A stretch of 43,830 nucleotides of DNA, taken from positions 1 to 43,830 of the forward strand of contig JBHIAC010000010.1 of the NCBI GenBank assembly GCA_046758365.1. Reading direction: 5' to 3'. The notes below the pieces were generated by a model, which was not told where the DNA came from, did no database searches, and saw nothing but the letters and a program-made list of their open reading frames with translations. Shown piece by piece: positions 10,301 to 19,442 of this stretch (the stretch's first letter is position 1; every line of letters begins with the position of its first letter). This DNA is from a bacterium. Lineage in GTDB: Bacteria; Zhuqueibacterota; Zhuqueibacteria; Oceanimicrobiales; Oceanimicrobiaceae. Position numbers and translations under genes: made by a program.

Positions 10301-10390
10301 TATACTAAATTACTCCGATTCAAAAAACCGATTACGATAAAAATGAACAGTCACCAAAATAAAGGCATTATTTTGAAACCTGAGGGGTAA
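7388..10390 (+). CDS. Receiver-like domains fused to a PEP/pyruvate-binding (PPDK/PEP synthase N-terminal ATP-grasp) domain; gdhA-associated
   Basis: N-terminal CheY-like segments (ILLVSSLYD, IILIEDN, IISDI). GGSLGGKARGL, PLAVRSSSLLED, EEKMAVIIQ, VEIEFAV and LLQMRP motifs. C-terminal GRWGSLDPWLGIPV and SQGSHFFHN. Confidence 0.85.
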   Translation: MKNDVKHTMSLFDPLWVERGYGTGFHEFQNLIRFRIRDILLVSSLYDLYLFEEDGRLYELIRGEYQGLNLSNAPELTQVSSGKEAIDLANKEKRFDLIITTLHIEDMPAHTFAKLVRQSRLDIPVVLLAYDNRELADLLLYQDTSVFDSVFIWQGDFRIIIAIIKHLEDRLNVDHDTLSVGLQSIILIEDNVQYYSSILPIIYMELFKQAQRLISEGINISHKFLRMRARPKILLCTNFEEAWNYFSKYKDYVLGIISDIDFKHKGKADPQAGLDFARRVKREHRDIPILLQSNLPENEPKANEVGASFVIKNSPTLLHELRQFMFEQFGFGDFIFRTPDGKEVGRAHDLISIEKQLHIVPEESIRFHGERNHFSNWLKARTEFWLAHKLRPRKVSDFPSLEALRQDLISSLNEYRRIRQRGIITDFKKESFYPFSSFARIGGGSLGGKARGLSFVNNLIYNYKVNDRFDGININIPPGVVLGTDVFDQFLDDNNLRNFALKSIDDKEITQRFLKAKKFPEQILRDLADFLDFIHIPLAVRSSSLLEDSEYYPFAGVYDTFMLPNNHQNAKVRLIELLNAIKRVYASTFYQRAKSYFKVTSYHLEEEKMAVIIQKMVGAKHENRFYPDFSGVAKSYNFYPMAPQKSKDGFVSVALGLGKTVVDGGLTVKFCPKYPNHLPQFFSTQETLRNNQLEFYALALDKKFTNANAMHDMLIEKYGLEVAEKDGTLKYVASTYSHENNAIYDGISRSGIRLITFAPILKNKIFPLPKILKLLLDIGSRGMGTPVEIEFAVNMSVPENEIKEFGLLQMRPLVLSRELEVLDVEETKSQKLICHSNKVMGSGVINEIYDIVVVDMHRFDRSKSREIAKEVSIFNTKLLTHNRPYLLIGVGRWGSLDPWLGIPVKWEQISGARAIVEAGFKDINVTPSQGSHFFHNLTSFMVGYFTVNSYLNEGFIDWDWLLQQNAFEETTYTKLLRFKKPITIKMNSHQNKGIILKPEG

Positions 10391-10449
10391 TTTGTTTGCT
10401 AAGAAAATTGGAAACCGAATCATTAAATATAAGGAGAAGAGAGTAATTA

Positions 10450-11796
10450 ATGGAAGATGCTTTTATAGTTAACAGATTTCAATTTGCCTTCACAGTTATG
10501 TTCCATTATCTATTTCCACAGTTGACGATGGGACTTGGTTTGCTCATGGTGATTCTAAAAGGATTAGCTCTATGGAAAAAGGATAAGCGGTATAATAAGA
10601 GTGCACGGTTTTGGGCCAAAATTTTCGCTGTGAGCTTTGTGATGGGAGTTGTTACCGGCATCCCTTTGGAATTTCAATTTGGCACCAATTGGGCGAAATT
10701 CTCAGCCTTTGCTGGTGGTGTAATTGGCCAAACTTTAGCCATGGAGGGGGTCTTTGCCTTTTTCCTGGAATCCAGTTTTCTGGGACTTTTTTTATTTGGT
10801 GAAAAGAAGTTGGGGCAGGTCGGTCATTTTTTTGTCGCTTTTTTGATATTTCTTGGCTCGTGGTTTTCAGGATATCTGATTATTGCAACGAATGCCTGGA
10901 TGCAGCACCCGGTTGCGTATGAAATAACTACCGATGGAACCGTACAGCTAACAAGTTATTGGGGGCTGATGTTTAATACCTGGGTTGGTTGGCAGTATGC
11001 GCACAACATGTTGGGCTCGGTTATTACAGCTGCGTTTGTTATGTGTGCAGTTGGCGCCTATTACATGCTGGCAAATCGTGATGTTCAATATGGAAGATTA
11101 TTTCTACGTTTAGGTGTGGTTGCTGGATTGATTTCTTCTGTTTTAGTCGCTTTTCCCACGGGCGATGGACAAGGCAAAAATGTTGCGACCCATCAACCGG
11201 TTACTCTGGCCGCTATGGAAGGGTTATTTGAAACCAAAGAAGGCGCAGAATTAATTCTGATTGGCCAGCCAGATATGGATAAACTGAAAATCGATAATCC
11301 AATTCACATTCCCAAATTGCTCAGTTTTCTTACCTATTATAAATGGAAAGCCGAGGTAAAAGGCTTGGATGCATTCCCGAAAGAAAACTGGCCTGATAAC
11401 ATTCCATTGCTTTATTATTGCTATCATATCATGGTTGGCTTGGGCACCATCTTCATAGCGATTATGACGGTTGCAACATTTTTACTTTGGAAACAAAAAT
11501 TGTTTTTATCGCGATGGCTCCTGTGGATTTTAATGCTTAGCTTTCCATTTCCTTACATTGCCAATACAACAGGTTGGATGACAGCAGAATTAGGACGACA
11601 ACCGTGGCTGGTTTATGGATTATTACGCACGGCCGATGGTATTTCCCCCATGGTCTCAGCGGGCAATAGTCTGTTCACTTTACTTGGATTCATGGGAATG
11701 TATACAGTGCTTGGGCTTCTCTACCTCTTTTTGGTTTTAAAGGAAGTGAACCATGGTCCAGGAAGTCAACATACCGTTGAGGGTTCAATGAGATAG
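10450..11796 (+). CDS. cydA: Cytochrome bd ubiquinol oxidase subunit I
   Basis: RFQFAFTVMFHYLF, GIPLEFQFGTNW, EGVFAFFLES, NAWMQHP, QPVTLAAMEG and GWMTAELGRQPW motifs. Confidence 0.96.
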   Translation: MEDAFIVNRFQFAFTVMFHYLFPQLTMGLGLLMVILKGLALWKKDKRYNKSARFWAKIFAVSFVMGVVTGIPLEFQFGTNWAKFSAFAGGVIGQTLAMEGVFAFFLESSFLGLFLFGEKKLGQVGHFFVAFLIFLGSWFSGYLIIATNAWMQHPVAYEITTDGTVQLTSYWGLMFNTWVGWQYAHNMLGSVITAAFVMCAVGAYYMLANRDVQYGRLFLRLGVVAGLISSVLVAFPTGDGQGKNVATHQPVTLAAMEGLFETKEGAELILIGQPDMDKLKIDNPIHIPKLLSFLTYYKWKAEVKGLDAFPKENWPDNIPLLYYCYHIMVGLGTIFIAIMTVATFLLWKQKLFLSRWLLWILMLSFPFPYIANTTGWMTAELGRQPWLVYGLLRTADGISPMVSAGNSLFTLLGFMGMYTVLGLLYLFLVLKEVNHGPGSQHTVEGSMR

Positions 11797-11904
11797 TAAA
11801 CTAAATTAAAGCGTGTTTATTTTTGCTGAATATTAATGCTCGATGATTGATTTTCCTATCGCTTTAAAGATACTGAAAATCTATTTTAAGAAAGGGAGAC
11901 CTCG

Positions 11905-12951
11905 ATGGAGACCTTTTGGTTTATCGCTTTAACGTTCATGCTAATCATGTATGTTATATTGGATGGCTTTGATCTTGGAGCCGGTATCATTCACTTGCTG
12001 GTTGGTAAGTCCGATAATGAGCGCCGGACAATCTTGAATGCTATTGGTCCGGTGTGGGATGGCAATGAGGTCTGGCTGATTGCTGCAGGAGGCGTATTGT
12101 TTCTTGCATTTCCGCTGCTTTACGCCTCAAGTTTCAGCGGATTCTACCTGATGTGGATGATTATGATATGGTTGTTGATGCTGCGTGGTCTTGGCATCGA
12201 ATTTCGAGGTCATATCCACAACCCCATGTGGAAGTCTTTTTGGGACGTGGTGTTTTCTATGGGCAGTATGCTTTTAGCCGTATTATTAGGAGCTGCACTT
12301 GGAAATGTAGTGCGGGGCGTGCCACTCAATGCAGAAGGCTATTTTTTTGAGCCACTGTGGACAACCTTTACCGTGGTTCCTGAAGCCGGAATGCTCGATT
12401 GGTTTACCGTGCTCATAGGCCTGGTGGCATTTTTTACTTTAACCGCCCATGGCGCAAATTATGTCGCCATGAAAACCGAAAATGAAGTTCAGATTCGATC
12501 TCGATCATGCGCTCGTACTGCCAATTGGTTTGTTTTTATCACTTCTTTTTTGGCATTGATTGCAACTTCATTTATTCGGCCTTCTATTTGGGATAAATAT
12601 TTAAATCATCCCTGGGGCTTTGTCTTTCCCTTTCTTAGTCTCATGAGCTTATTTGGTATGTTTTACTACCGCTTCCAGATAAACGACACCAGGGCGTTTC
12701 TTGCTTCCAGTGCCTTTATCTTAGGCATGGGAACGAGTACCGCGTTCGGGTTATATCCCAATGTACTTCCGGCTTCAACGAATCCCGACTATAATTTGAC
12801 AATCTACAACACGGCTGCAGGGGAATACGGCCTAAGTGTCGGTCTCGTATGGTGGAGTGTTGGCATAGTTTTGGCTGGAGTTTATTTCACATATCTCTAT
12901 TATTCAATAAAAGGAAAGATAAAAGTACCGGCAAAGGGAGAAGGATATTAA
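11905..12951 (+). CDS. cydB: Cytochrome bd ubiquinol oxidase subunit II
   Basis: YVILDGFDLGAG, IGPVWDGNEVWLI and LRGLGIEFR motifs. Follows cydA. Confidence 0.96.
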   Translation: METFWFIALTFMLIMYVILDGFDLGAGIIHLLVGKSDNERRTILNAIGPVWDGNEVWLIAAGGVLFLAFPLLYASSFSGFYLMWMIMIWLLMLRGLGIEFRGHIHNPMWKSFWDVVFSMGSMLLAVLLGAALGNVVRGVPLNAEGYFFEPLWTTFTVVPEAGMLDWFTVLIGLVAFFTLTAHGANYVAMKTENEVQIRSRSCARTANWFVFITSFLALIATSFIRPSIWDKYLNHPWGFVFPFLSLMSLFGMFYYRFQINDTRAFLASSAFILGMGTSTAFGLYPNVLPASTNPDYNLTIYNTAAGEYGLSVGLVWWSVGIVLAGVYFTYLYYSIKGKIKVPAKGEGY

Positions 12952-13100
12952 TTAATAATAATTGCTTTCGAAGGTTTGAACTCAATCTTTCACTCCTTTA
13001 TCCTCAAGAGCAGTAGCCTTCATAACTATTCTTGTTTGATTGCAATAGAAGAAAGGTAAAAATCATCCCACTTCAGGTGCATGATGATTGATGAAATAAT

Positions 13101-13235
13101 TCTTAAAAATAGGAATACCTAAAAAATAATTTCTCAAAAATAAGATTTTTTGAAAATCTATTGAATTCCATACTAATGCTAACTTATTGATTATTATAAT
13201 CAATTGCTGTCGAAGCATTCTGGCATGTTGCTTGC
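13101..13235 (+). promoter_or_regulatory. Sigma54-type promoter of the CoA-transferase gene with paired enhancer palindromes and IHF site
   Basis: TCTTA-AAAA-TAGGA (13101-13114) and TCTCA-AAAA-TAAGA (13132-13145). IHF match on the minus strand AATCAATAAGTTA (13192-13180). TGGCAT-GTTGC-TTGC (13221-13235), near consensus. Confidence 0.75.
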
Positions 13236-13296
13236 CTATTTATTAACGAAATGAAGCGTAGAGAATACGAATTTATCTCTCATTAGGAGCTAGCAT

Positions 13297-13332
13297 GACA
13301 CTAACCTTTTTTCAAAAAGTTAGTGTCTTTTT
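13297..13332 (+). terminator. Terminator-like hairpin inside the 5' leader of the CoA-transferase gene
   Basis: GACACTAAC...GTTAGTGTC stem followed by TTTTT. Confidence 0.5.
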
Positions 13333-13445
13333 ATATCCGAACAAACGCTAACCCGAATGCTTTCGGGGTCAGTGTTTCCTAAAAGAAACTGGTATGAAGA
13401 TTGGAATTTCTAAGGAAACAGCAAAATGAAAGAGGGTAACCAATA

Positions 13446-14738
13446 ATGAAATGGATAGAAGATTACAAAAACAAACTATCTTCGGCTGAGGAAGCAGTAT
13501 CTATCATAGAAAGCGGAAATAAAATATTCACCTCCGGTAACGCCGCTACTCCCTATATCCTATTAAATGCTCTTGCTAAACGTAGAGATGCGTTAGAGGG
13601 AGTAGATGTATTTCATTTACTTTTAATGGGTGATGATCCTCTTTCCAAGCCAGAAATGCAAGGTCATTTTAGACATAAATCTCTTTTTGTTGGCCCAGCC
13701 GATAGAAAGGCTGTTAATACGGGTCGTGCGGATTATTTTCCTATATTTTTGTACGAGATCCCTAAGCTTTTTCGGGAGCAGATTCAGTTAGATGTGGCGG
13801 TCATTCACACATCACTGCCTGATGATCACGGATTTGTATCCTTGGGTGTGGAAACAGTGGCCACCAAAGCCGCAGCCGAAACAGCTAATTGTATTATTGC
13901 TCAGGTTAATGAAAAGATGCCACGCGCTTTAGGGGATTGCTTTATTCATGTTTCTCGAATCCATAAAATTGTTGAAGTTTCTGAAGAGCTTCCGACTTTA
14001 GAGACAAGACCTGCTACTGATGTCGAAAGACAAATTGCACAGCATATTATGCCTTTAATTAAAGACCGTGCCACTTTGCAGTTGGGAATTGGTGGGATTC
14101 CCGATGCAGTGCTTACACTATTAAAAGATAGAAAAGATTTGGGGATCCATACTGAGATGGTCTCCGATGGCGTCATGGAAGCCATTGAAGATGGTATTGT
14201 AACGAATGCATACAAAAACTTACATCCGGGAAAAGTGATTGCCACTTTTATTTTAGGGAGTCGTGATCTTTATGAATACCTCCATAACAATCCACTTTTT
14301 GAACTACGTCAAGTTGACTATACCAATGACCCTTTTGTGGTGGCACAGAATGATGGCATTGTAGCTATCAACTCAGCTCTTGAGATAGACTTGACTGGAC
14401 AAATTTGCTCTGATTCTATTGGCTATACGATATATTCAGGATTTGGTGGGCAAGTGGATTTTATCCGTGGGGCGGCACGATCGAAAGGCGGAAAGCCTAT
14501 TATCGCTTTGCCTTCCACAGCTAAGAACGGTCAAATCTCACGAATCGTTCCGCATTTGAAAGAAGGTGCCGGGGTGGTTACCAGTCGAGGGGATGTCCAT
14601 TATGTGGTAACGGAATTTGGTATTGCATACCTCCATGGCAAAAGTCTCAGAGAAAGAGCTGAGGCCTTGATTCAGATTGCCCAACCTAATTTCCGAGAAG
14701 AATTAGAATGTTTTGCTAAAGAAAGAAAATTTTTATGA
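13446..14738 (+). CDS. Acetyl-CoA hydrolase / 4-hydroxybutyrate CoA-transferase family protein
   Basis: LQLGIGGIPDAV, LGIHTEM (catalytic Glu), INSALEIDLTGQ, SGFGGQVDF and VTSRGDVHYVVTEFG motifs. Confidence 0.93.
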   Translation: MKWIEDYKNKLSSAEEAVSIIESGNKIFTSGNAATPYILLNALAKRRDALEGVDVFHLLLMGDDPLSKPEMQGHFRHKSLFVGPADRKAVNTGRADYFPIFLYEIPKLFREQIQLDVAVIHTSLPDDHGFVSLGVETVATKAAAETANCIIAQVNEKMPRALGDCFIHVSRIHKIVEVSEELPTLETRPATDVERQIAQHIMPLIKDRATLQLGIGGIPDAVLTLLKDRKDLGIHTEMVSDGVMEAIEDGIVTNAYKNLHPGKVIATFILGSRDLYEYLHNNPLFELRQVDYTNDPFVVAQNDGIVAINSALEIDLTGQICSDSIGYTIYSGFGGQVDFIRGAARSKGGKPIIALPSTAKNGQISRIVPHLKEGAGVVTSRGDVHYVVTEFGIAYLHGKSLRERAEALIQIAQPNFREELECFAKERKFL

Positions 14739-14802
14739 ATAGGTAAAATAGCTCCATGCTCTGTTTTTTCCATACGGAGTCAAGTAATGCAATGTATGGA
14801 TT

Positions 14803-14839
14803 AATCTCCCACAGGTCCCAATGACCCTGCGGGAGGTTT
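14803..14839. repeat. REP-like palindrome; half copy at 41925-41938
   Basis: AATCTCCCACAGGTC-CCAAT-GACCCTGCGGGAGGTTT imperfect hairpin. The reverse complement of its right arm (AAACCTCCCGCAGG) recurs at 41925. Confidence 0.55.
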
Positions 14840-14876
14840 GCTATAAAATCAATGAATTAAAATTATAGGAGGAGCC

Positions 14877-15458
14877 ATGTTATCAAAAAATATATTATGT
14901 GTTATTCTTCTAAGCATTTTTGCTGTTCTTTTAATTGGATGCAGCCGAGCAACAAATGAGGAGCCCAGCAATTTTAGTGCAATTGCCTTACAAGGCAAAA
15001 AAGTATTTGAAACCAAAAACTGTGGGGAATGTCATTCAGTTGGGGAACCTAGAGAAGATAATAAAGCGCCAAATTTATCAAGTCCTATCATTGCAAATGA
15101 TAGCATGTTTGTCCAGGCTCATCTTAAGTTTGTTGAGAAATCGAAAATGCCCCCTATTCAATTAACAGAAAAGGAAATACTACTTGTTAGCAATTACATT
15201 GCTGAGCTTCACAGAGTAAATTATCAATCAATACCTGAAGAGGAAGCCGATACGCACTGTCCTGTTTGTTATGCGCCAGTTTCTAAAGAAAAAGCCAAAA
15301 ATGAGAATCTATATTTTTCTTACTTAGGCGAGAAGTATTATTTTGAATGCCAAGATTGTACAGAAATATTTGAAAAGGCGCCAGGGGCTTTTTTAGTACT
15401 TTGGAAGAACTATGAAGAAGAAAAAAAGAAAGATAAAGTTAAGGCTAATATAGAATAA
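14877..15458 (+). CDS. Lipoprotein c-type cytochrome with C-terminal YHS/TRASH-like domain
   Basis: Lipobox LLIGC, heme motif CGECH, distal-Met-like SKMPP, then CPVC...GEKYYFECQDCTEIF. Confidence 0.8.
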   Translation: MLSKNILCVILLSIFAVLLIGCSRATNEEPSNFSAIALQGKKVFETKNCGECHSVGEPREDNKAPNLSSPIIANDSMFVQAHLKFVEKSKMPPIQLTEKEILLVSNYIAELHRVNYQSIPEEEADTHCPVCYAPVSKEKAKNENLYFSYLGEKYYFECQDCTEIFEKAPGAFLVLWKNYEEEKKKDKVKANIE

Positions 15459-15559
15459 AATACTTAGCGTATTACCAATCTGGTTTTTTTGGGGGGGGCA
15501 AGAAAATAGAAGATCTTTATTCATAATTTTTATTTAGTATTGATGGTGGTACGGAGCGA

Positions 15560-16858
15560 ATGATGTTTCTTGAAATTCAAACCAATCTCAATGTTCCAGA
15601 AAAGTTGGATAAAATTTTTATCAACTTAAAAAAGCAGGCTATATCTGTCAGCATTAATACTTTTACGATTTATACATTTGATTTAGTGGGTCGATTAATT
15701 ACGGCTGTCAGCGATGGCCATACCTTTCATCGCAGTTTAGATAACCAAATCATGGAGAAATGGTCAGTTTCTGTGAATAATCAGAAAAAGCGGGTAAGGC
15801 GATGGCTGAATTTAAAAAAGAAGCGAGCTTTTCTTGAATCCATTCATGAGTTGTTCTGGAAGCTGTACTGTCTACTTCAGCAAAACCAATTTGTAATTAT
15901 GGCCACGGATGAAAAAGATGTTGGAAAAGCCAAACAAAATGTATTAATTGCATTTAAAAAAATCCTTTTCTTCGATTATTTCCAACTGGAAAAAGACTCT
16001 CAGACCTTTTCATCTATTTATCGTTCTGTGGGAATTTTACCCCCGGACATGTATTTGTCAATTTTACTGCAGGCAACCGAGGGATGTGCATACAATAAAT
16101 GCAGTTATTGTAATTTTTACAAAGGCCAGCTTTACCAAATTAAATCTGAATCTGAATTTAGACAACATATCCATGCAGTGAAAGACTACTTTGGCGAGTC
16201 AATTAAGCTTCGAAAATTTCTATTTTTAGGAGAGGCCAATGCTCTGGATATTTCCCAGTCCACCCTGCTTACTTTTTTTGATGCAATAAATCAACAATTT
16301 ATTTTTTTTGATTCAGACGTGAAATCGGAAGTCGATTCAGCATGGTCTGCTCTTGATGGCATTTACAGCTTTTTAACGGCTTTCCATAAAAATCAGAAAT
16401 CTGCAGATGATTTTTCGGAGTTAAGAGCAAAAAACTTACGTAGAGTTTATATCGGTATGGAAACAGGATGTGATGAGCTTTTGAAATTTTTAAATAAGCC
16501 AGGTAAAGTTGAAAATGTGCTCGGCCTTGTTCAAGCCATTAAAATGGGAGGGGTGAATGTTGGGATCATTATTCTTCTGGGGGCTGGTGGGGATAAGTAT
16601 TATGAGTCTCATACAAATAAAACTGTCCAGGCCATCAAAGAAATGAAATTGGGAAATGGAGATATTATTTTCTTTTCTCCCTTAATTCAATTTCCTGGAA
16701 CTCAGTACGAATACAAAACAAAAGCTAATAAAATCCATCATCTAACGAAGGAGGAGATTGACAACCAGAGAAAGAAGATGATAGAAGGATTTGGATTTAA
16801 GAAAGATGAAAAATCACCTAAGATGGCGTTGTATGATATTAATGAATTTATTTATTAA
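15560..16858 (+). CDS. Radical SAM protein with N-terminal extension
   Basis: LQATEGCAYNKCSYC (CxxxCxxC), FLGEANAL and RVYIGMETG motifs. Confidence 0.88.
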   Translation: MMFLEIQTNLNVPEKLDKIFINLKKQAISVSINTFTIYTFDLVGRLITAVSDGHTFHRSLDNQIMEKWSVSVNNQKKRVRRWLNLKKKRAFLESIHELFWKLYCLLQQNQFVIMATDEKDVGKAKQNVLIAFKKILFFDYFQLEKDSQTFSSIYRSVGILPPDMYLSILLQATEGCAYNKCSYCNFYKGQLYQIKSESEFRQHIHAVKDYFGESIKLRKFLFLGEANALDISQSTLLTFFDAINQQFIFFDSDVKSEVDSAWSALDGIYSFLTAFHKNQKSADDFSELRAKNLRRVYIGMETGCDELLKFLNKPGKVENVLGLVQAIKMGGVNVGIIILLGAGGDKYYESHTNKTVQAIKEMKLGNGDIIFFSPLIQFPGTQYEYKTKANKIHHLTKEEIDNQRKKMIEGFGFKKDEKSPKMALYDINEFIY

Positions 16859-16890
16859 AAAGCTAACCTTTTCAAAAAAGGTTAGCTTTT
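16858..16890. repeat. Palindrome AAAAGCTAACCTTTT-CAA-AAAAGGTTAGCTTTT (REP-like or bidirectional terminator)
   Basis: Perfect long inverted repeat between the rSAM gene and maeB. Related CTAACC/GTTAG arms occur at 13300-13323, 36667-36678 and 36759-36770. Confidence 0.6.
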
Positions 16891-16911
16891 AAAGTATGAG
16901 GAGATAATACA

Positions 16912-19185
16912 ATGATATCAAAACAAGAAGCGCTGGATTACCATGATCGAGAACGGCCCGGGAAAGTAGAAATTAGCACTACCAAACCGTGCGTGACCCA
17001 AAAGGATCTCTCTTTGGCCTATACTCCGGGCGTTGCAGAACCGTGCCGTGAAATTCATAAAAATCCAGACGACATTTTTAAATTTACTGCAAAGGGGAAT
17101 TTGGTGGCGGTTGTGAGTAACGGAACCGCCGTTTTAGGGTTGGGAGATATTGGGGCCAGTGCCGGAAAACCAGTCATGGAAGGGAAGGGAGTGTTGTTTA
17201 AACGCTTTGCTGACATCGATGTGTTCGATCTTGAAATTGATTCCCATGATCCTAATGAGGTGATCCGCGTCGTAAAGCTTTTAGAACCTACCTTTGGTGG
17301 AATCAATTTAGAAGACATCAAAGCCCCGGAGTGTTTTTACATCGAGGAAGAACTCAAAAAGCAGATGAACATTCCTGTGTTCCATGATGACCAGCATGGG
17401 ACCGCTATTATTTCTGGGGCAGGATTATTGAACGCTGTGGAATTGGTGGGCAAACGCCTGGATGAGATTAAAGTGGTTATCAGCGGTGCGGGGGCTGCCG
17501 GCATTGCTTGTGCTAAGTTTTATATTCAATTAGGCGTCCGCGAAGAAAACTTGACTTTGTGCGACAGCAAGGGCGTAGTATTTAAAGGAAGAAAAGAGAG
17601 AATGAATTCGTATAAGGAACAGATTGCTGTGGAAACAAACGCCCGCACCCTAGAGGATGCATTAAAGGGCGCGGATGTGTTTTGTGGGGTTTCGGCTCCA
17701 AATCTAGTTACGAAAGAGATGGTTCGTACTATGGCGGATAATCCGATCATCTTTGCCATGGCGAATCCCGATCCCGAGATCACTTATGAAGAGGCCATGG
17801 CTGCACGCGATGATATTATCATGGCCACAGGCCGAAGCGATTATCCCAATCAAGTAAATAATGTTCTCGGATTTCCATTTATTTTTAGGGGAGCTTTGGA
17901 TGTTCGAGCCAAGGCAATTAATGAAGAAATGAAGGTGGCAGCAGCCCAGGCCTTAGCAGATTTAGCCAAAGAGCCTGTACCGTACACGGTTATCAAGGCC
18001 TATCGAGCAGAGAAGATTGAATTCGGAAGGAATTACATTATTCCGAAGCCCTTTGACCCAAGAGTCCTAATTTGGGAAGCAACCGCCGTGGCCAAAGCAG
18101 CCTTAGACACTGGTGTGTCTCGAGTTAAAATTGACATTGATGAATATAAAGAAAAGTTGGAAGCCCGTTTGGGCATGTCTCGAAAAGTGATGCGGGTGAT
18201 CATTAACCGAGCCAAAAAAGAGCCAAAACGGATTGTCTATCCGGAAGGCGACCACGTGCCTATTCTTAAAGCGTGTGAAATTGTGTTAGATGAAGGGATG
18301 GCCCATCCCATTCTATTGGGTAACAAGGAAGTAATCCAAAGGAAAATCAGCGAAATGCACTTGAATCTGAATAAGGGAGTTGAAATAGTCGATCCCCAAA
18401 AGTCAAATAAATTTAATAAATATGTCGAGCATTTTTACACGTTAAGACGGCGAAAAGGCATAACTTTTCAGGAAGCCAAGCGTATCATGGAGCGTCGTAA
18501 TTATTTTGGTTCCATGATGGTTCATGTGGGGGATGCTGATGGTCTGGTTTCAGGGCTTACACAGGCGTATCCCGAAACCATACGTCCTGCACTGCAGATC
18601 ATCGGCGTGCAGCCAGATGTGCACAAAGTGGCTGGTTTATATATGATGATTCTCAAAAACGGGGTCTATTTCTTTGCAGATGCTACAGTCAATATCGAAC
18701 CAACTGCGGAAAATTTGGCCGAAATCGCCTTGCTGTGCGCCGAAGAAGTGCGAAAATTTGATGTAGAGCCGAGAGTGGCTATGCTCTCATTTTCTAATTT
18801 TGGTAGCACCCGACATCCTCTAGCGGATAAAGTGCGACTGGCCACTGAAATCGTAAAACGTCGTGCCCCTGATTTACTCATTGATGGCGAAATGCAGGCC
18901 AATACCGCTGTCGCCCCTGAAATCATTGATGAGACTTACTCCTTCAGTACATTAAAAGGCAAGGGTGGTGCGAATGTTTTGATTTTTCCCAACCTTGAAG
19001 CAGGCAACGTAGCGTACAAACTACTTCAGCAATTGGGTGGTGCCGAGGCCATCGGGCCGATTCTTCTTGGCATGCGAAAACCTGTTCACGTATTGCAGAT
19101 TGGTGATTTTAACGAAATTGACGTAGTGAACATGACGGCCATTGCAGTGATCGATGCGCAGGCCAGTGAACGGTCGATTTTATGA
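16912..19185 (+). CDS. maeB: NADP-dependent malic enzyme with phosphotransacetylase-like domain
   Basis: [49 protein letters not shown] and [13 protein letters not shown] motifs, plus a C-terminal PTA domain ([12 protein letters not shown]). Confidence 0.96.
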   Translation: MISKQEALDYHDRERPGKVEISTTKPCVTQKDLSLAYTPGVAEPCREIHKNPDDIFKFTAKGNLVAVVSNGTAVLGLGDIGASAGKPVMEGKGVLFKRFADIDVFDLEIDSHDPNEVIRVVKLLEPTFGGINLEDIKAPECFYIEEELKKQMNIPVFHDDQHGTAIISGAGLLNAVELVGKRLDEIKVVISGAGAAGIACAKFYIQLGVREENLTLCDSKGVVFKGRKERMNSYKEQIAVETNARTLEDALKGADVFCGVSAPNLVTKEMVRTMADNPIIFAMANPDPEITYEEAMAARDDIIMATGRSDYPNQVNNVLGFPFIFRGALDVRAKAINEEMKVAAAQALADLAKEPVPYTVIKAYRAEKIEFGRNYIIPKPFDPRVLIWEATAVAKAALDTGVSRVKIDIDEYKEKLEARLGMSRKVMRVIINRAKKEPKRIVYPEGDHVPILKACEIVLDEGMAHPILLGNKEVIQRKISEMHLNLNKGVEIVDPQKSNKFNKYVEHFYTLRRRKGITFQEAKRIMERRNYFGSMMVHVGDADGLVSGLTQAYPETIRPALQIIGVQPDVHKVAGLYMMILKNGVYFFADATVNIEPTAENLAEIALLCAEEVRKFDVEPRVAMLSFSNFGSTRHPLADKVRLATEIVKRRAPDLLIDGEMQANTAVAPEIIDETYSFSTLKGKGGANVLIFPNLEAGNVAYKLLQQLGGAEAIGPILLGMRKPVHVLQIGDFNEIDVVNMTAIAVIDAQASERSIL

Positions 19186-19292
19186 AACCTGCACATCAGG
19201 AACCGAAGACGAAATTATTAACACATTTATGGCTGCCCATGATGATTATGAGGCTTTAGCAGATATTGTTTACAAGTTGTAAGGAGAAAAAA

Positions 19293-19442
19293 TTGAACAG
19301 TCAATCGCTCCGTTCAAAGCCCTCATGGTGGATGTCTAGCGATGAGATTCGCAATCTGGATCCCGTTCATGCTGAACTATCGGCGCTTGGATGTGCAGTG
19401 ATGCGATATATTGAATCTAAAAAACCTCCCGATGAAAAATAA
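19293..19442 (+). CDS. Possible small protein (49 aa) or gene remnant upstream of feoB
   Basis: AAGGAG SD 6 nt before TTG. Translates as MNSQSLRSKPSWWMSSDEIRNLDPVHAELSALGCAVMRYIESKKPPDEK. The end overlaps the probable feoB ATG at 19432. Confidence 0.3.
   Translation: MNSQSLRSKPSWWMSSDEIRNLDPVHAELSALGCAVMRYIESKKPPDEK

Noticed and set aside
16858..16890. attC site (CTAAC...GTTAG)
   Set aside because: Too short, perfectly palindromic, lacks L boxes and extrahelical bases, and is flanked by housekeeping genes.
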